Positions 25,306-37,721 are shown, counted from the stretch's first letter. The stretch: 64,000 nucleotides of DNA from Novakomyces olei (GCA_016906335.1 JADEYG010000007.1:2542001-2606000); one strand, 5' to 3'. Numbers and translations: made by a program. Notes: a model not told the origin generated them from the letters alone.

Positions 25306-27458
25306 TCAAAACAAACCTGTAGAGCTCAATTTTTTGACGTTTATGTTTTTCCAAAACATCAAACAAATAACACAGAGCGGAATAAATGCAACACCAGTAA
25401 TAACCATTTTTCTCTGCACATCGGCATATGCCATAACGATTGCATCACGGATAGGACTTCCATCCGGATAAGATTGCTGTACAATAATACTGCCATATAT
25501 GGACGCCGCCAAATCTTTGCTATCGTCAGGCAAATTGTTATAGAGCTCGCGCGGGAAAATATTGGTCCATAATGCTCCAGATACGGCAATTCCAATTGCT
25601 GCTCCAAGCGAACCAAAAAGGCCAAAAATTGCCAAGGCTACAGCGATTTCCTGGTGTGTAACTGAGGACATTATTGCCAGTTGCCCTGTTAGTGCCCAAG
25701 TACCGCTATAAATACCATTAAAAAGTTGACACATTACGAGATACCCGACATGTGAATCGGGAGTACGAAATTGAATTAGTAACGCGGTACCGAGGACGGC
25801 AAACGGTATTACTGCAATAGATACATATTTGTAAGTTCCAGTGTAGCGGATAAGACTAAACCATCAGTGACATGCAATATTGAAATCAAATTATAAACAA
25901 AAATAAAGCACGAGGACAAATAGTAGTATTTATCAATCAAAGCATCACTTACAGTCCCACAAACGGCCCAATAAACGATGACATTAGGGAAAACGAATTG
26001 AGTACGTAACCAGATACGGTAATACTTTGACGATGGACGACTTGAAGATAAGATGAATAATACGTATCCCAGCAGCTATATAAAGTCAGCAATCAAAATA
26101 CGAATATGTAGTGAGTTCTTTTATTTTTCTTTAATTAATTGGCCTTCCTTCTATTTTAGCTTTTATTTTAATCCGGCAGTCCAACTTACTAAATTGACAG
26201 GAACATGATTCCGTAGACCAAACATGCGGACAAAATGGTTCTGTCTTTTAGAAACTTGAAAGGTGCATAAGGAACAACAGAGAACCATTTCTCCCAGGCA
26301 GCAAAGGCGACGAGCAGCACAACACCCACAACAATCATTGCGATAATATATCCAGTTCGCCAACCATTCGGTGCATAGTTTACTAGGTTAAATGGCAAAA
26401 GGAGAATAGACCAACCCGCCACAGTGAGAAACATGCCGACAACTGGCTGTTAACATTGACTGACTAAAAATATTTTAAAGCTGCGTCTCAAGATACCAAT
26501 ATAAACAGAACGAAGCCTCTTACCATCGAATTGTACAAAGTAGTACTTGAAAGTTTGCCAGTAATTCCCAATGTGCGGTCTCTCAGGGTAAATGCCGCGT
26601 TTAATCGCCTTCTGCTTGCTGAGCATGAAAAGGGCAGCTACAGGAATGCTGAACACGACCAGAATAATAATAAAGGCACCAAATGCCCAACGGAAATTGA
26701 CATTTGTATAAAACAGATCAGCAATTCTTGAACCTGCAAACACGGTTGCAATAGTCGGGGTTGATTGAATTCCAAAAAGTATAATGCGATTGCGCAAGGA
26801 AGTGGTATCAGAAAGAATTACACTAATAATGTACTGTAATCCAAGATGACCGATCCAGTAAAGCGTATGAGCGGCCGCATAAGTCTGCACATTTCGACAA
26901 GCGGCCTTCATAATCATTCCAATCACAATCAAAACAACCATAAAAATGAAGCCTTCACACCGGCCCCATATATCAATTATTTTGGAAATAGTGAGGTTGC
27001 AGACTCCGCCCATAATTGTAGCTACAATACTAGTAGTAGCCAAAAGACCATGTTCGTTAAAAGCCGATGTAATGTATGGTACCAAGTTTCCTTGAACTGC
27101 CTGCAGAAGCATATCGACAAAAGTCACAAGATAAAGCCTGTAAATGATTAGATTATAATTACACTGATTATAGCGGCCTATATGAATTCATACGCCTATA
27201 CTATTCTTCTTGAAATAAGAGCACATACAAGACAAACATAAGAAAGAGAACATTTCGATCCCAAACGGCAGTAATAGCTTCAACTCGTTTGACACCGTCC
27301 TGCTTGTTTTCCTCCTCATTTTCTTGGTCATCAAGATGACTGATTTCTTTCACTTGCTCTTCACTACCGGATAATTCTTTTTCTGCCTCATTGCCGCGTT
27401 GTGTAAAGTCTGCGGCCGCTTTTTGAGCCATAGTCACATCTATTTGGGGAGTCGCCAT
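25306..27458 (-). CDS. Siderophore-iron transporter (SIT/ARN/MirB-like MFS), 4 introns (27138-27228, 26443-26523, 26076-26189, 25856-25952)
   Basis: QDGVKRVEAITAVW, PYITSAFNEHGLL, KIIDIWGRCEGF, DTTSLRNR, WRWAFG-like FRWAFG, YPDGSPIRDAIVMAY. All introns GT-AG and frame-restoring. Confidence 0.93.
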
Positions 27459-27798
27459 CACTGATTATTTTTGTCGCACAGGCTTTTTGGAGAGACAAAA
27501 CGTTTCCCGTCCTGCAAAAATAGAGACCAAAAAAATATGAAGGCTGTCTTCTAAAATATTTTTTCTTCTTGCCACAACTTGGGCTATTTAAACCTTAGCG
27601 GGACATCGCCTTTAATAAGCGAAATATCAGGGCGGAATCCGCTTGACCAAAACAGTCGATGTGCCATTGTATGTGTCTTTGTGTCACCCGCGGCATGCGT
27701 GGTGTGTGCGCGAAACGATTTCGTATTGAAGGCGGTCTCTCATTGGCTCTTTATTCGCCTCGAATAGGCATTTGACGAATTTTTTGTCTCGCTAAATA

Positions 27799-27920
27799 TT
27801 ATCTGATCATTCTAGCAGCCAATTAAAATAGGCCAGGGTTGGACCCTTTACATAGAACCAATCAACGCCAATCAACGTACGAGAGGGAACTTTTTTTCCG
27901 AGTGACCGGCTTTATCAGAT
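27799..27920 (-). promoter_or_regulatory. Two ATCWGATAA iron-repressor (SreA/Sfu1-type GATA) sites plus CCAAT boxes upstream of the siderophore transporter
   Basis: TTATCTGAT at 27799-27807 and TTATCAGAT at 27912-27920 (reverse complements ATCAGATAA and ATCTGATAA). CCAAT at 27819 and a tandem CCAATCAACG x2 at 27859-27878. Confidence 0.7.
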
Positions 27921-28038
27921 TCTGAATAGATCTCGTTCAGAGTCAGAAATAGATAAAAGTATGGTCAAGTCTAGAAACGCTTTTGTTCCGAAAATTTTCA
28001 AAAAGGCATGCTGCCATTAGACAAAAGGATACAGAGGA

Positions 28039-28174
28039 TTTTGGCATTTTGGCATTTTGGCATTTTGGCATTTTGGCATTTTGGCATTTTGGCATTTTGG
28101 CATTTTGGCATTTTGGCATTTTGGCATTTTGGCATTTTGGCATTTTGGCATTTTGGCATTTTGGCATTTTGGCA
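28039..28174. repeat. (TTTTGGCA)17 perfect tandem repeat
   Basis: 136 bp, 17 exact 8-mer copies. Confidence 0.98.
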
Positions 28175-30232
28175 TGTGACCTGATTTTATGTGACGTGAT
28201 ATGGAAGGCAAACGAGGCTTAAAAAACAAAAACGATACATGACAAATGACACATAACATACACCATACACAAAATATATATTCAAATACTGTTGTCTATC
28301 AAGAAATTGAATTTACGGAGTCTTCGAAACAAAAAAGTCTGGAGCAGGTACGACGGCGATAGCGCGTTTTCGTTTTGATAGAACATAATAGCACAATTCG
28401 ATCTAATGCTGTTTTACTCTATGCATTGTGTCCATTTTCTCTTACAGTTACTCCTGGTTTTATTTTGACATTTTCTTTACCAATCGCTCGCGTCGCACAG
28501 GCTATTTGCACCAAAAGATAAGACGTATGTATCCAATGCTGGCAGCATGCTGAATCATTCGTTTCCATACGATAAACGATATGATTGACCTACATGTCTG
28601 TGCCTACCTTGTTCTATCATCGTTCACGCGCCAGTAAATCGTGATTCACCGTAATAGGCTGAGCGAACCATTGTTTAAATGATTAATCTCTGTGCTGGCA
28701 ACCCTGTTTATACGTTTTGAACGATAGCCAAAAAAATACAGCCTTCCGTTTACTAATCGGAACTTTACGACCAACAGGACAACTTGCCTTGAGATTGGTT
28801 CTAGCTTTTCAATAGCTGCACGCTCTAATGGCTCGACATCATTGCCACTTGCAATTTCCTGAAGTACTAGCTGTTCATAAGAGGCGGAGGGCGTTCCCAA
28901 AAAACCAAATCTGGCAGGCAGGCGAGACTATATCATACACTTTGCATCTCGTAGCCCAAACCGTAGAACCACCATTTTCGTCTGGTGTTTAAAGTCAAAC
29001 AAAAAATTGTATAGTCATTCGGAACGGAATTCCAGTATTTCGAGTGTAATAGCACTGTGTCAACATTTTTTGTTGCTTTGGTTGGTCTTCCGTAGGCGAC
29101 CAGCAAAATTCTGCTCATCTTGTTCCGAGCTGATGACACTGGCCTCATCGTGTTCAATTCCAAGTCAGCTTCCATGTCTAGCAACAGTATCAATATATAA
29201 TTTTGATGAAGCCGGTTTTCGCAATAGCCTTCCTATCTCTTAGGCCAATTATTTTGCAGTCAATTGATGAGACCGTTTGATTTAGGTAAGAAGCCAAGAA
29301 CTTCTCTATAAATTGGATTGCAAGCCATGCGAAATGTCACGACCTTTTTCTTACTGGTCATTTTGAGATCACTTAGCATTTCTTCTGTATTAGTACTTCT
29401 CTCAAGTCGCGTGTGGAGATTTTAAATCAATGACGGGAGTAACGCAGAACAAAGTAAACTTATTCAGTATATCTTTATTTTTCTTGTGGCGTATTGAATT
29501 TGCGATGCGACCTTTGTTACTTTGAGTTCGGTTGCTTATATATATAGTTGCCATGGGTCAGATCAATGAAGCTCATCGACACAGGCTGCCTTAGACTCTA
29601 TAAGAAAGATTCAATACACGACCGACTCAAATGTCTTGATATGAAGACATTGGCGAAAGCTTGCGTTACATAATAGCACATCATTGACATCTTGCAGCTT
29701 GATTGAAGCAGCTCTTATGAGCCATCCCGCGCCCTATAATTGTGCGGGCTGCAGTGGGCCATCTAGTGCCATAATATGCACAAGTATATTATAAACAATT
29801 CAAACCGTCTCGTCGCTTTCTATATATTCAGGAAGCTCCATAGAAACGGGCTAATACGCGCAATGTTTATTACAAATCAATGGTAGCAGAATGAAAAATG
29901 CTCTTGATTCCATTCAAATTCCATACAAATAAATAAGCAACAAGAGGAGACAATTATCGCCCAATGGCGGAGAATAATGTCGATTATCGTTAAAATGCAA
30001 ATTTACACAAATTCTACGTGGTCCGGGGATCAACGCCAAGCTATTAAGGTAATAAGGCTACTTGATTATGGCTGCCCTTACCAAATATCGGGAAGAAATA
30101 GTATCAACTTGTTCCCGACTTGGATCACCCGACCGTCTATAATATTACTTACAGCTTAGAGCAAGTGGTATTGTAGTATTATGTACCGATAAGCGACTAA
30201 TGTCAAACAGTCGAGGCCGATAGTACAACATT

Positions 30233-32305
30233 ATGACGAAGGAAATGCAGAAAATAAAGCATGTAAGGAACCGAAAACAAAGGCCATGCGACCAATGCAG
30301 ACGAAAAAGATCTAAATGTGAGTTCCGGACCAATTTAGCGAATTGTGCTCGCTGCACATTGCGCGGTCAAACTTGCAAGTTCGAACTGGGTCCGACAGAG
30401 AGAAACACACAGATTGCCAGAGCCGATACTTCACCTGATTTGTCTTTTGATCAGCAAGGAGAAACAGCCTGGTCTCAAATTGTACAGAATGGTGCAAGTA
30501 CGGCGCGCTTAGACGAAGAAGTGCCTTTTTACATTGAGCTTGTAGGCTCGACGATGGTTGACCAGGATACTTTGATTGTTGATCGACTTCGGTTCCCTCA
30601 AAGTGGGATATTGGGTATTTCTGATAAAGTTGCTCTCCGCAAAGTAGGACCCAACGTGTACTTTATGTTAAACCGCGATGACAGGAATAAGAGGAATGAG
30701 CAAAGCATTCGTGACATTGAGAAAATTGTTGCACCGTTCCAGAAAGACCTATTTGATCTGTACTTCAAATTCGTGCATTGCTCTTACCCACTCGTTTCTG
30801 AATCGGTTGCCTCTGATTATTTTGACAAGCACAAGGCATCTCCCGCTTTACTGGCAGCAATTTTTAGTGTAGCTCTTCACTGGGCGCCTTTCAATGCCGA
30901 CATCCCTTTAGATAAATTGGCTCGCGAGGCCAGTGCTCTGGATAAAATAGCTTACCAGTTGATTCAGGAAGATTTTCATAGATGCGATATATCCTTGATA
31001 CAGGCTGGTCTTCTTTTATTACAACGGAAACCTGATGACAATGCAAGTCCTATTCTGAGGGGAAATACACATACGTGGGCCTTTACTAGCCAATTATTAG
31101 GGGCTGCTCAGGCACTAGGTTTGCACTTAGACTGCAGGTAAGGAGCATCTAATTTGACTGTATATGTACTTAACATTAGTTGCTGGTCTATACCGGAACA
31201 AGAAAAGAGCCAAAGGCGAATTGTGTCCTGGGCCCTGTTTATCCAGGAAAAATGGCAAGTGAATTAGGGCTGACTTCACCGATACGTTCATGTTTCTAAT
31301 AAATATAGGACTGCGGCTAGTCATGGAAGACAGTCGCGTATCAATATTCATGACTGGAATATCCATATGCTAAAGCAAAGCGATATCTGTATTAAGAGCA
31401 ATGATCAATTTTCTCCCTATTCTTTTGTTTTCTTCAGCAAGACGATAAGTCTGACACTTATTTTGTCGGATGTTATTGACTACTTTATGTAAGAGAAACA
31501 TGGCAAGCATTATTTCACTGACCTTAAAGGTCCACTTATTCAAAAGCCAGCGAAATCAACACAGAATCAAAACTTGTTTTCCGCGTTGCTAAGCCGCTAC
31601 AGCTCAGGCTTGAATCCTGGAAACTCAGTTTGGTTAAAGAGCTCGATTTCAACGGGAATTTCGAGGAACTAATCATCAAGTTCCCGCAGCTAGGTAAGAT
31701 TTCTTCATGCTACTCATTTAACATCTAGCATACTTGCAAATGCTTTTTCATGCTTGCGAAACAGAGCTATTTCGGTACATTATCCGGCTTGTAGATGGCT
31801 GTGACGACTTATCTCTTGTTCAAACCTGCCGCGATGCGAGCAAGAGACGCATATTTAACGCAGTTGCTCATTTCAAAGATATGACAATCACTCATATGGA
31901 GGGGTTTTGGATACATGGTAAGCCGATTGTCGGAACTAAAAAAAAATATTACGAATACTGATTCCAACTTTATAAGGCTCTAGGAATGCTATTGTTGGTA
32001 TTGGCTCTTTTATTGCTCTCCTTGAAAGCACGTCAACAACGGAAGAAGAGGCTCTAATCTTCAAATCTTTGAGATCTGAATTCAAATTTAGCCTGCAATC
32101 TTGGTCTCGAGCATCTTGGATAGCTGCGTATGCTCTTAGAAAGCTGTCTTCGAAGGCATGGGCGACTGCGGATCTCCTGAACTCTTTTGTCTCATTTCCT
32201 CTGGACTTGGGCGAATGGCTTTCTTTTGATGACTCAAATTTGCTCGAGCAAATTGAGCCCATCAATCTTGATTCGTGGTGCGAGGGAAACATATTTAATG
32301 AATAA
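30233..32305 (+). CDS. DAL81/TamA-like Zn(II)2Cys6 transcription factor, 5 introns (31138-31179, 31255-31308 GC-AG, 31489-31529, 31694-31728, 31918-31976)
   Basis: RPCDQCRRKRSKC...CARC..RGQTCKF, LYFKFVHCSYP, IQAGLLLLQ, LGLHLDC, WALFIQEKWTAASHGR, AKPLQLRLESW. Confidence 0.85.
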
Positions 32306-32463
32306 ATGCCACACAATTTACACTTGCAACTTTTTGATCAATTTTCCTACGTTTCGACAGAAATGCTTTTTGCTCATTCTACTTGCTACAATTTAGCAAA
32401 TTGTTGATTTGCTTAGTGACGCTGACATAAATGTGTGGCATGACACAATTGTCTGTCATAAAT

Positions 32464-34294
32464 TCAATGTGTCTGTGCTAAGGTTTCTGTTTGCAGATTA
32501 TTCAACGCGTCAAGAAATTGATTCATAATGAAACATAATTTTTCTTCTTCGAAAGATTTTGCAATAATCTGTAAACCGACAGGACAGCCCTTTTCATCGG
32601 CCGGGTTGTCTAGTATTAGTTAGTCTTAGCCATTATTTTTTATTGTTTTGTCGAAACTCACATTCGTCATAACAAAGTTTGTCTGCTTTACTGAGAAATG
32701 AGGACCGGTAAATTTTTGCGTCAAGTTTCTCATCGACTTTGCATACTGGGATGACCCCGACGGAATAATCACACATATTCCAAAGGCCCGTATACGCAGC
32801 ATAACCACCGAGTTCAGATTCGATTCTAGCTGCAGAAAAAGGCGATATAGGGCTGATTACACAATCTAAGTCGTATGATTTATAAATATGAGCAACACAC
32901 TCTCTGAAACTCAAAATTTTTGCGTCTTGCTGGTACAATGTTTCCAAACCTCGTTTGCAATTACGGAATTCCTTCAAGCATCGCGGCCAAGGCTCGTCAG
33001 AGTTGGCAAACAAAACCTCGAGCGACTCTGTGGTCAATGTTTGCAAAGTTTCCTCTGCAATTGACGCTCCTTGTAAAAGAAGCTTTTCGGGAAACACGTT
33101 GTCTAGTGCAATATTATGGTCTGAAAGAGCCTGCACAAGTGTTTCTATTGCCCTTTGCACGGCCGGGACTGGCAAAACCTGGCCATTGTGTCGGATAACT
33201 CCCACCCTGAGCGGAGAAGACTTTTCAGTGAATTCAGTCCAGTATGGGCAGAAAGCATCGTTTTCTGGTTTCCTTTTAACCACTGCTTTCAACAATTCTC
33301 TTATCAAACCTATATCACGACTCATAGGCCCAATTGAAGACGGATGCAGCCCATATTCTGGTATGATGGAAGATACGTCGTCTTTAAATATACGTTCAGA
33401 TGTTGGCTTTAGCCCGACTAGCCCGTTGTATGAGCAGGGAAATCTAATACTTCCTCCTCTGTCGCATCAGTCTTTGCTCATTTCTTGGAAAAGGCTAAAT
33501 GGTCAAAAAAGCAAAACATACAGATCAGATCCAATGCCAATGAAAGATCCATATTGGGCTATTAAGGAAGCTTCGCCACCAGATGATGCACCGACTATCA
33601 TTTCAGGATTGTGAGGATTCACAACAAATCCATGTAAAGCACTTGTCATATCCCAAGACATCATGGCCGGGCTTGTTGCTGTTTTGCAGTAGATAATACC
33701 GCCTGCCTCTTCAAAAGAAATTAGTGCTCCATCGAATCGTAAAAAAATTTCTTTTTCTTGTATTTTTCCATTTATCTTTAATTGGATTTAGGTTTAAATG
33801 GCTTTTCTAACCATTTGCAAGACCAACGTACCCTCAATAAGTGTAACAATCTCCGAATCTTTAGGGTACCTTTGGCTCGCGAGTGTTACAAGACCCATTG
33901 CGCTGCTAGTACCCTGAAGACGTATGCTGTCTTTAAGCGAAACCGGAAGGCCGTGAAGGGGCCCGTATGGCTGGCCATTCTCGAGAAAGTAGTGATCTAG
34001 CTCTCGAGCTCGCCGTAAAGCTTCCTCGAATTTGATGTCGGAAAGACAGTTTGCAAGCTGATGCGCGACTGAAGCCGCGTGACAAATTGCAGATGTAACG
34101 GAGAGAGCTGTGATTAATCCCTTTTTCAGACGTCGCAGAATTAAACTTCCCGGAGCCGACACAATATCGTATTCTTCAGGCGATAAATAATCTTTAACGC
34201 TGCCTCGAGTAGAATCACAAAGCCACTCTTCCGGAATTTTTGTCAGAATTTCTTTCCGGTATTCAAAAGCTTGCGCTTGCCATCCGAGCGTCAT
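32464..34294 (-). CDS. Amidase signature (Ser-cisSer-Lys) family amidase, 3 introns
   Basis: [52 protein letters not shown]. Exons join in frame. Confidence 0.92.
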
Positions 34295-34365
34295 TTTCTG
34301 ATTTGCCTGAATTCATTTCGCTCCATCGCTTTTATCTAACCTGCTCACCACTAGAAGGGTCCTGC

Positions 34366-34534
34366 AGATAAGGGAGGGTAAACATATCCCTCTAACAAAG
34401 AATCAATAATAAAATAATAAAATATATGGAGATAAAGAAAAATATTATACCCTATGACTTTACCCGCCATGTTCATAACTTCTTACCCGCCGGCGGGCCG
34501 CTGATAATAAGATAAAGCGTTTTCCGTGCTTATC
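34366..34534. promoter_or_regulatory. Divergent amidase/NCS1 promoter with clustered GATAA(G) (nitrogen-catabolite GATA) sites and CCCGCC/GGCGGG motifs
   Basis: GATAAG, GATAAA, GATAATAAGATAAAG and CTTATC within ~170 bp. CCCGCC at 34463 and the palindrome CCCGCCGGCGGG at 34486-34497. Confidence 0.6.
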
Positions 34535-34610
34535 AATAACCTCATAAAAAGCAACGTCAAAAGCTGATGATGGACAAAGTTAAGATTGGTTTTTTGATCG
34601 CGAGCTCACA

Positions 34611-36335
34611 ATGGCACCAAAAGCACTGTTGAAACTAAAATCACGACTTGAATTGCATCCAGAGTCAGGAACATTTATCAGTAGCAGCCAGGAAACAGCT
34701 CGATGGTCTAACCGTGATCTCGATCCCATAAAGTTCAAAAATCGCAAATATGAATGGTACCATATTGCGGGGTTCTGGATCTCTGATGGCTTTGCTGCCA
34801 TCAACATGGAGAATCCGTCTAGCGCATTCTCGCTCGGGCTGAATCCAGGTTTGTCTGTGCTCGCCTGTTTTATCGCAAACTTGTTTGTTGTCGCGCCGTG
34901 TATGATATCTGGTTACATTGGTACGAAATACGGGATAAATTTTTCGGTCTTGATGCGAGCAAGTTTCGGAATGTGGGGGTCTTATTTCGCCATCATTATT
35001 CGCGGTGTTGTCTGTGTTATATATTACGGCCTTTTGTCGTCTTTAGGGGGTCAGTGCTGTTACCTGTGTATTACTGCTATCTTCCCACAATTTGCAAATT
35101 GGCACTTGAATGCTTTTCCAGAATCAGCATACACAACTCCGCCAGAGCTTGTTGGATTTGTCGTGTTTTGGCTTGGCTCACTCCCGTTTTTGTTTATTCC
35201 AATGGCAAAGTTACGGTACATCTTCTCAATCAAAACCGTTCTCGTGCCTTTATTCTATGTCGGTCTGCTTACGTGGGCCGTCACTGCATCAGGGGGATGG
35301 CCAAAACATATCTGGCAGGCTAAAAATAACGTCACAAATGGATTCTCTGCGGCGTATGTCTTTTTCTATGCTGTCAATGCTACAATCTCCGGAAATGCGA
35401 CTTATTGTTTGAATATGCCTGATTTCACTAGAAACTCGAAAAAGGCAAAAAGCACAATGCTTGCTCAGGCTGTTACTATTCCTGTACTGATGACACTAAC
35501 TGAGCTTTTAGGCACAGTTATTGCTGTAGCCTCGGTAGCAGTTTACGGAGGAGATATCGTGTGGAATCCTGTTGAAGTACTCATGCTCTGGCATGATAGA
35601 CCAGCGAAGTTTTTTGTGGGAGCCTTTTTGGCCTTTTCGATGTCTGTAACAAATATTATCGGTAATTCCGTTGCTTTTGGGAACGATCTCACCGCGATCT
35701 TTCCTAAGTATATAAACATTCGACGGGGCCAGCTTATTTGTGCTATCCTTGCATTTGCTATTACGCCTTGGAATATGTAAGACTTGGCCTTGTTTTTTTT
35801 AACCTTTTTTGTCTGTTTAAACTAACTGGCTAACCTGATATATAGTCAAGCGAAAGCCACACGATTTCTTTCGTTTCTTAACGGATATACAATTTTTCTT
35901 GGACCGATCCTGGGAATTATGCTCTGTGACTTTCTTTTTGTACATAGGCAGGATCAAATCGGCCTAGTCCAGCTTTTTCAACCGCAAGGCGTTTACAAGT
36001 ATTATAAGGGATTTAATCTCCGAGCGATTGGTGCTTTTTTTATGGGATCTGGAGTGCTTTATCCTGGGCTTGTATATAACATTGGTGCGAAGGTATCAAA
36101 CAAGCCAATCATCGAAATCTTCTCAATGGCTTGGCTTTTTGGCGCCACAGTTTCTGGTCTCTTCTATTATTTATTTAACCGTATCTGGCCTCTTTCATCT
36201 CAATTTTCGGATGCGATTTATAAAGATCGCGACATTGCTGCTTCTTATCTGTACGAGGCGGATAATGCACCATATTTGGATGGGTTTGCCCAAGAGCCGA
36301 TTCAGCAGGCTGTTATTACTGAAACCAAGAGTTGA
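34611..36335 (+). CDS. NCS1 nucleobase/allantoin/hydantoin permease (FUR4/DAL4-like), 1 intron (35777-35845)
   Basis: WSNRDLDP, FWISDGF, YGINFSVLMRASFGMWG, NMPDFTR, NSVAFGNDL..IFPKYINIRRG, PWNI. Confidence 0.94.
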
Positions 36336-36607
36336 ATAGATACATAGGTTTTTTCACTATTTCGTTTTAGGTCTGAAGTCTTCTATCCATTTTAAAATTT
36401 AAATCATAATTAAGTCATTTAAGTACGTAAAAACCTTTGGCTATCCATCGGTATGATATGTGCATCGTCTAATTTTTCAAATTGTGTATAAATAAATTAA
36501 AGACTCTTGGAATAATATTATCGCTTTTATGCCATGTGCTTATCATTAATTTTGCATTACTTAGACCAAATGCTCAAGTTTAGATATGTTCCGCGCTTAT
36601 GATTGGC

Positions 36608-36639
36608 TGGCGGGCCTAGGCGGCATATTGGCGGGCCTA
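36608..36639 (+). promoter_or_regulatory. Direct repeat TGGCGGGCCTA x2 upstream of the racemase gene
   Basis: Exact 11-bp copies at 36608-36618 and 36629-36639. Confidence 0.55.
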
Positions 36640-36812
36640 CGTGGGCTGTAGCCATGATAAAAAATGCAAATAAATGTACAAAGATGAAGGAAATCAAATG
36701 TTCGATTCTTCAAAATTTTGTCTCAATTTGAACCTGATTCCTAAAAACCTAAACAATACAGCGGCATTTAATTTTAGCTTTCAGGCATACACTGCTTCCT
36801 CCAGCTTCACAA

Positions 36813-37721
36813 ATGGTTATCAAAATTCTATTACTTAATCCGAACAGTTCACAAGTAGTCACTTGCGCTTGTGATGAGTTGGTGCGGCCCACTCTTCCTA
36901 ACGACGTCAAACTAGACTCTTTATCGGCACCTCAGGACAGTGTCCCTGCTATTGAAACATTTAGCGATATCATTACCAGTGCATCTGCTACAGCAAATCT
37001 CGCAAAAACAAAACTCGATGAGTATGATGCTTTCCTCGTTTGCGGCCACTGTGATCATCCGCTGATCTACATACTCCGTGAAGCCACAAACAAACCGGTT
37101 TGTGGAATAATGGAGGCTTCGCTGTATTCTGCTCGGACTCTTGGAACAAAGTTTGGTATTATATCTATTACTGAGCAAATTGCGGCTGCTCAGCGACAAG
37201 GTGTCACTAATTATGGATTGGACAAGTTTTGTGTTGGTGTGAGAAGCACCGGGCTTGGCGTGAAAGATCTGTCTAATTTACCGTTCGATAAAGTAATAGA
37301 TTTAATGGCGGTAGCAGGGAAAGAATTGGTTTCGTTGGGAGCTGATACCTTAACTCTTGGGTGTGCAGGAATGTCCGGGATGCAGGACGCAGTAGAAAAA
37401 GCTACTGGACCAGGAATCCCTGTGATTGATGGGTAAGTAAAAATAGAGAACCAAAAAAATAAAAATTATAAAAGAAAACACATTATAGCGCCGATAAACT
37501 GTGACATAAAATAATATGTAAAATAATATGAGGAAAAAGAAAGTCAAGAGAACATTTCGAACAAAGAACTAGAATATGTGTTTAAAATCCAATTGAGAAA
37601 TAAAGCAATTTAAAATTCAGACTAATTAGATAGCGCTGTTTGTGGAGTTCATCATCTAATTGGACTCGTCCGAGCAGGTCTCTACACTGCGAAAAGGGGC
37701 TGTTATGGTGTTAAGAAGTAG
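36813..37721 (+). CDS. Asp/Glu/hydantoin (allantoin) racemase family protein, DCG1-like, 1 intron (37433-37633)
   Basis: ILLLNPNSS, DHPL, PVCGIMEAS, TLGCAGM, PVIDG|AV. Confidence 0.9.

Noticed and set aside
21699-27458. NRPS-like gene next to a siderophore transporter as a siderophore biosynthetic cluster
   Set aside because: The protein has no condensation domain and matches ATRR. No ornithine monooxygenase or acyltransferase is present.
28039-28174. CRISPR array or telomere
   Set aside because: No spacers and a eukaryotic context. The array is internal, with no evidence that it is the telomeric unit.
27943-28259. Repeat-containing ORFs (MPKCQNAK / FGILAFWH)
   Set aside because: These are translations of the stop-free 8-bp tandem repeat in several frames.
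32955-33614. Long antisense ORFs over the amidase and other genes (also 42665-43153, 48114-48623, 51085-51573)
   Set aside because: Shadow ORFs of real genes on the opposite strand.
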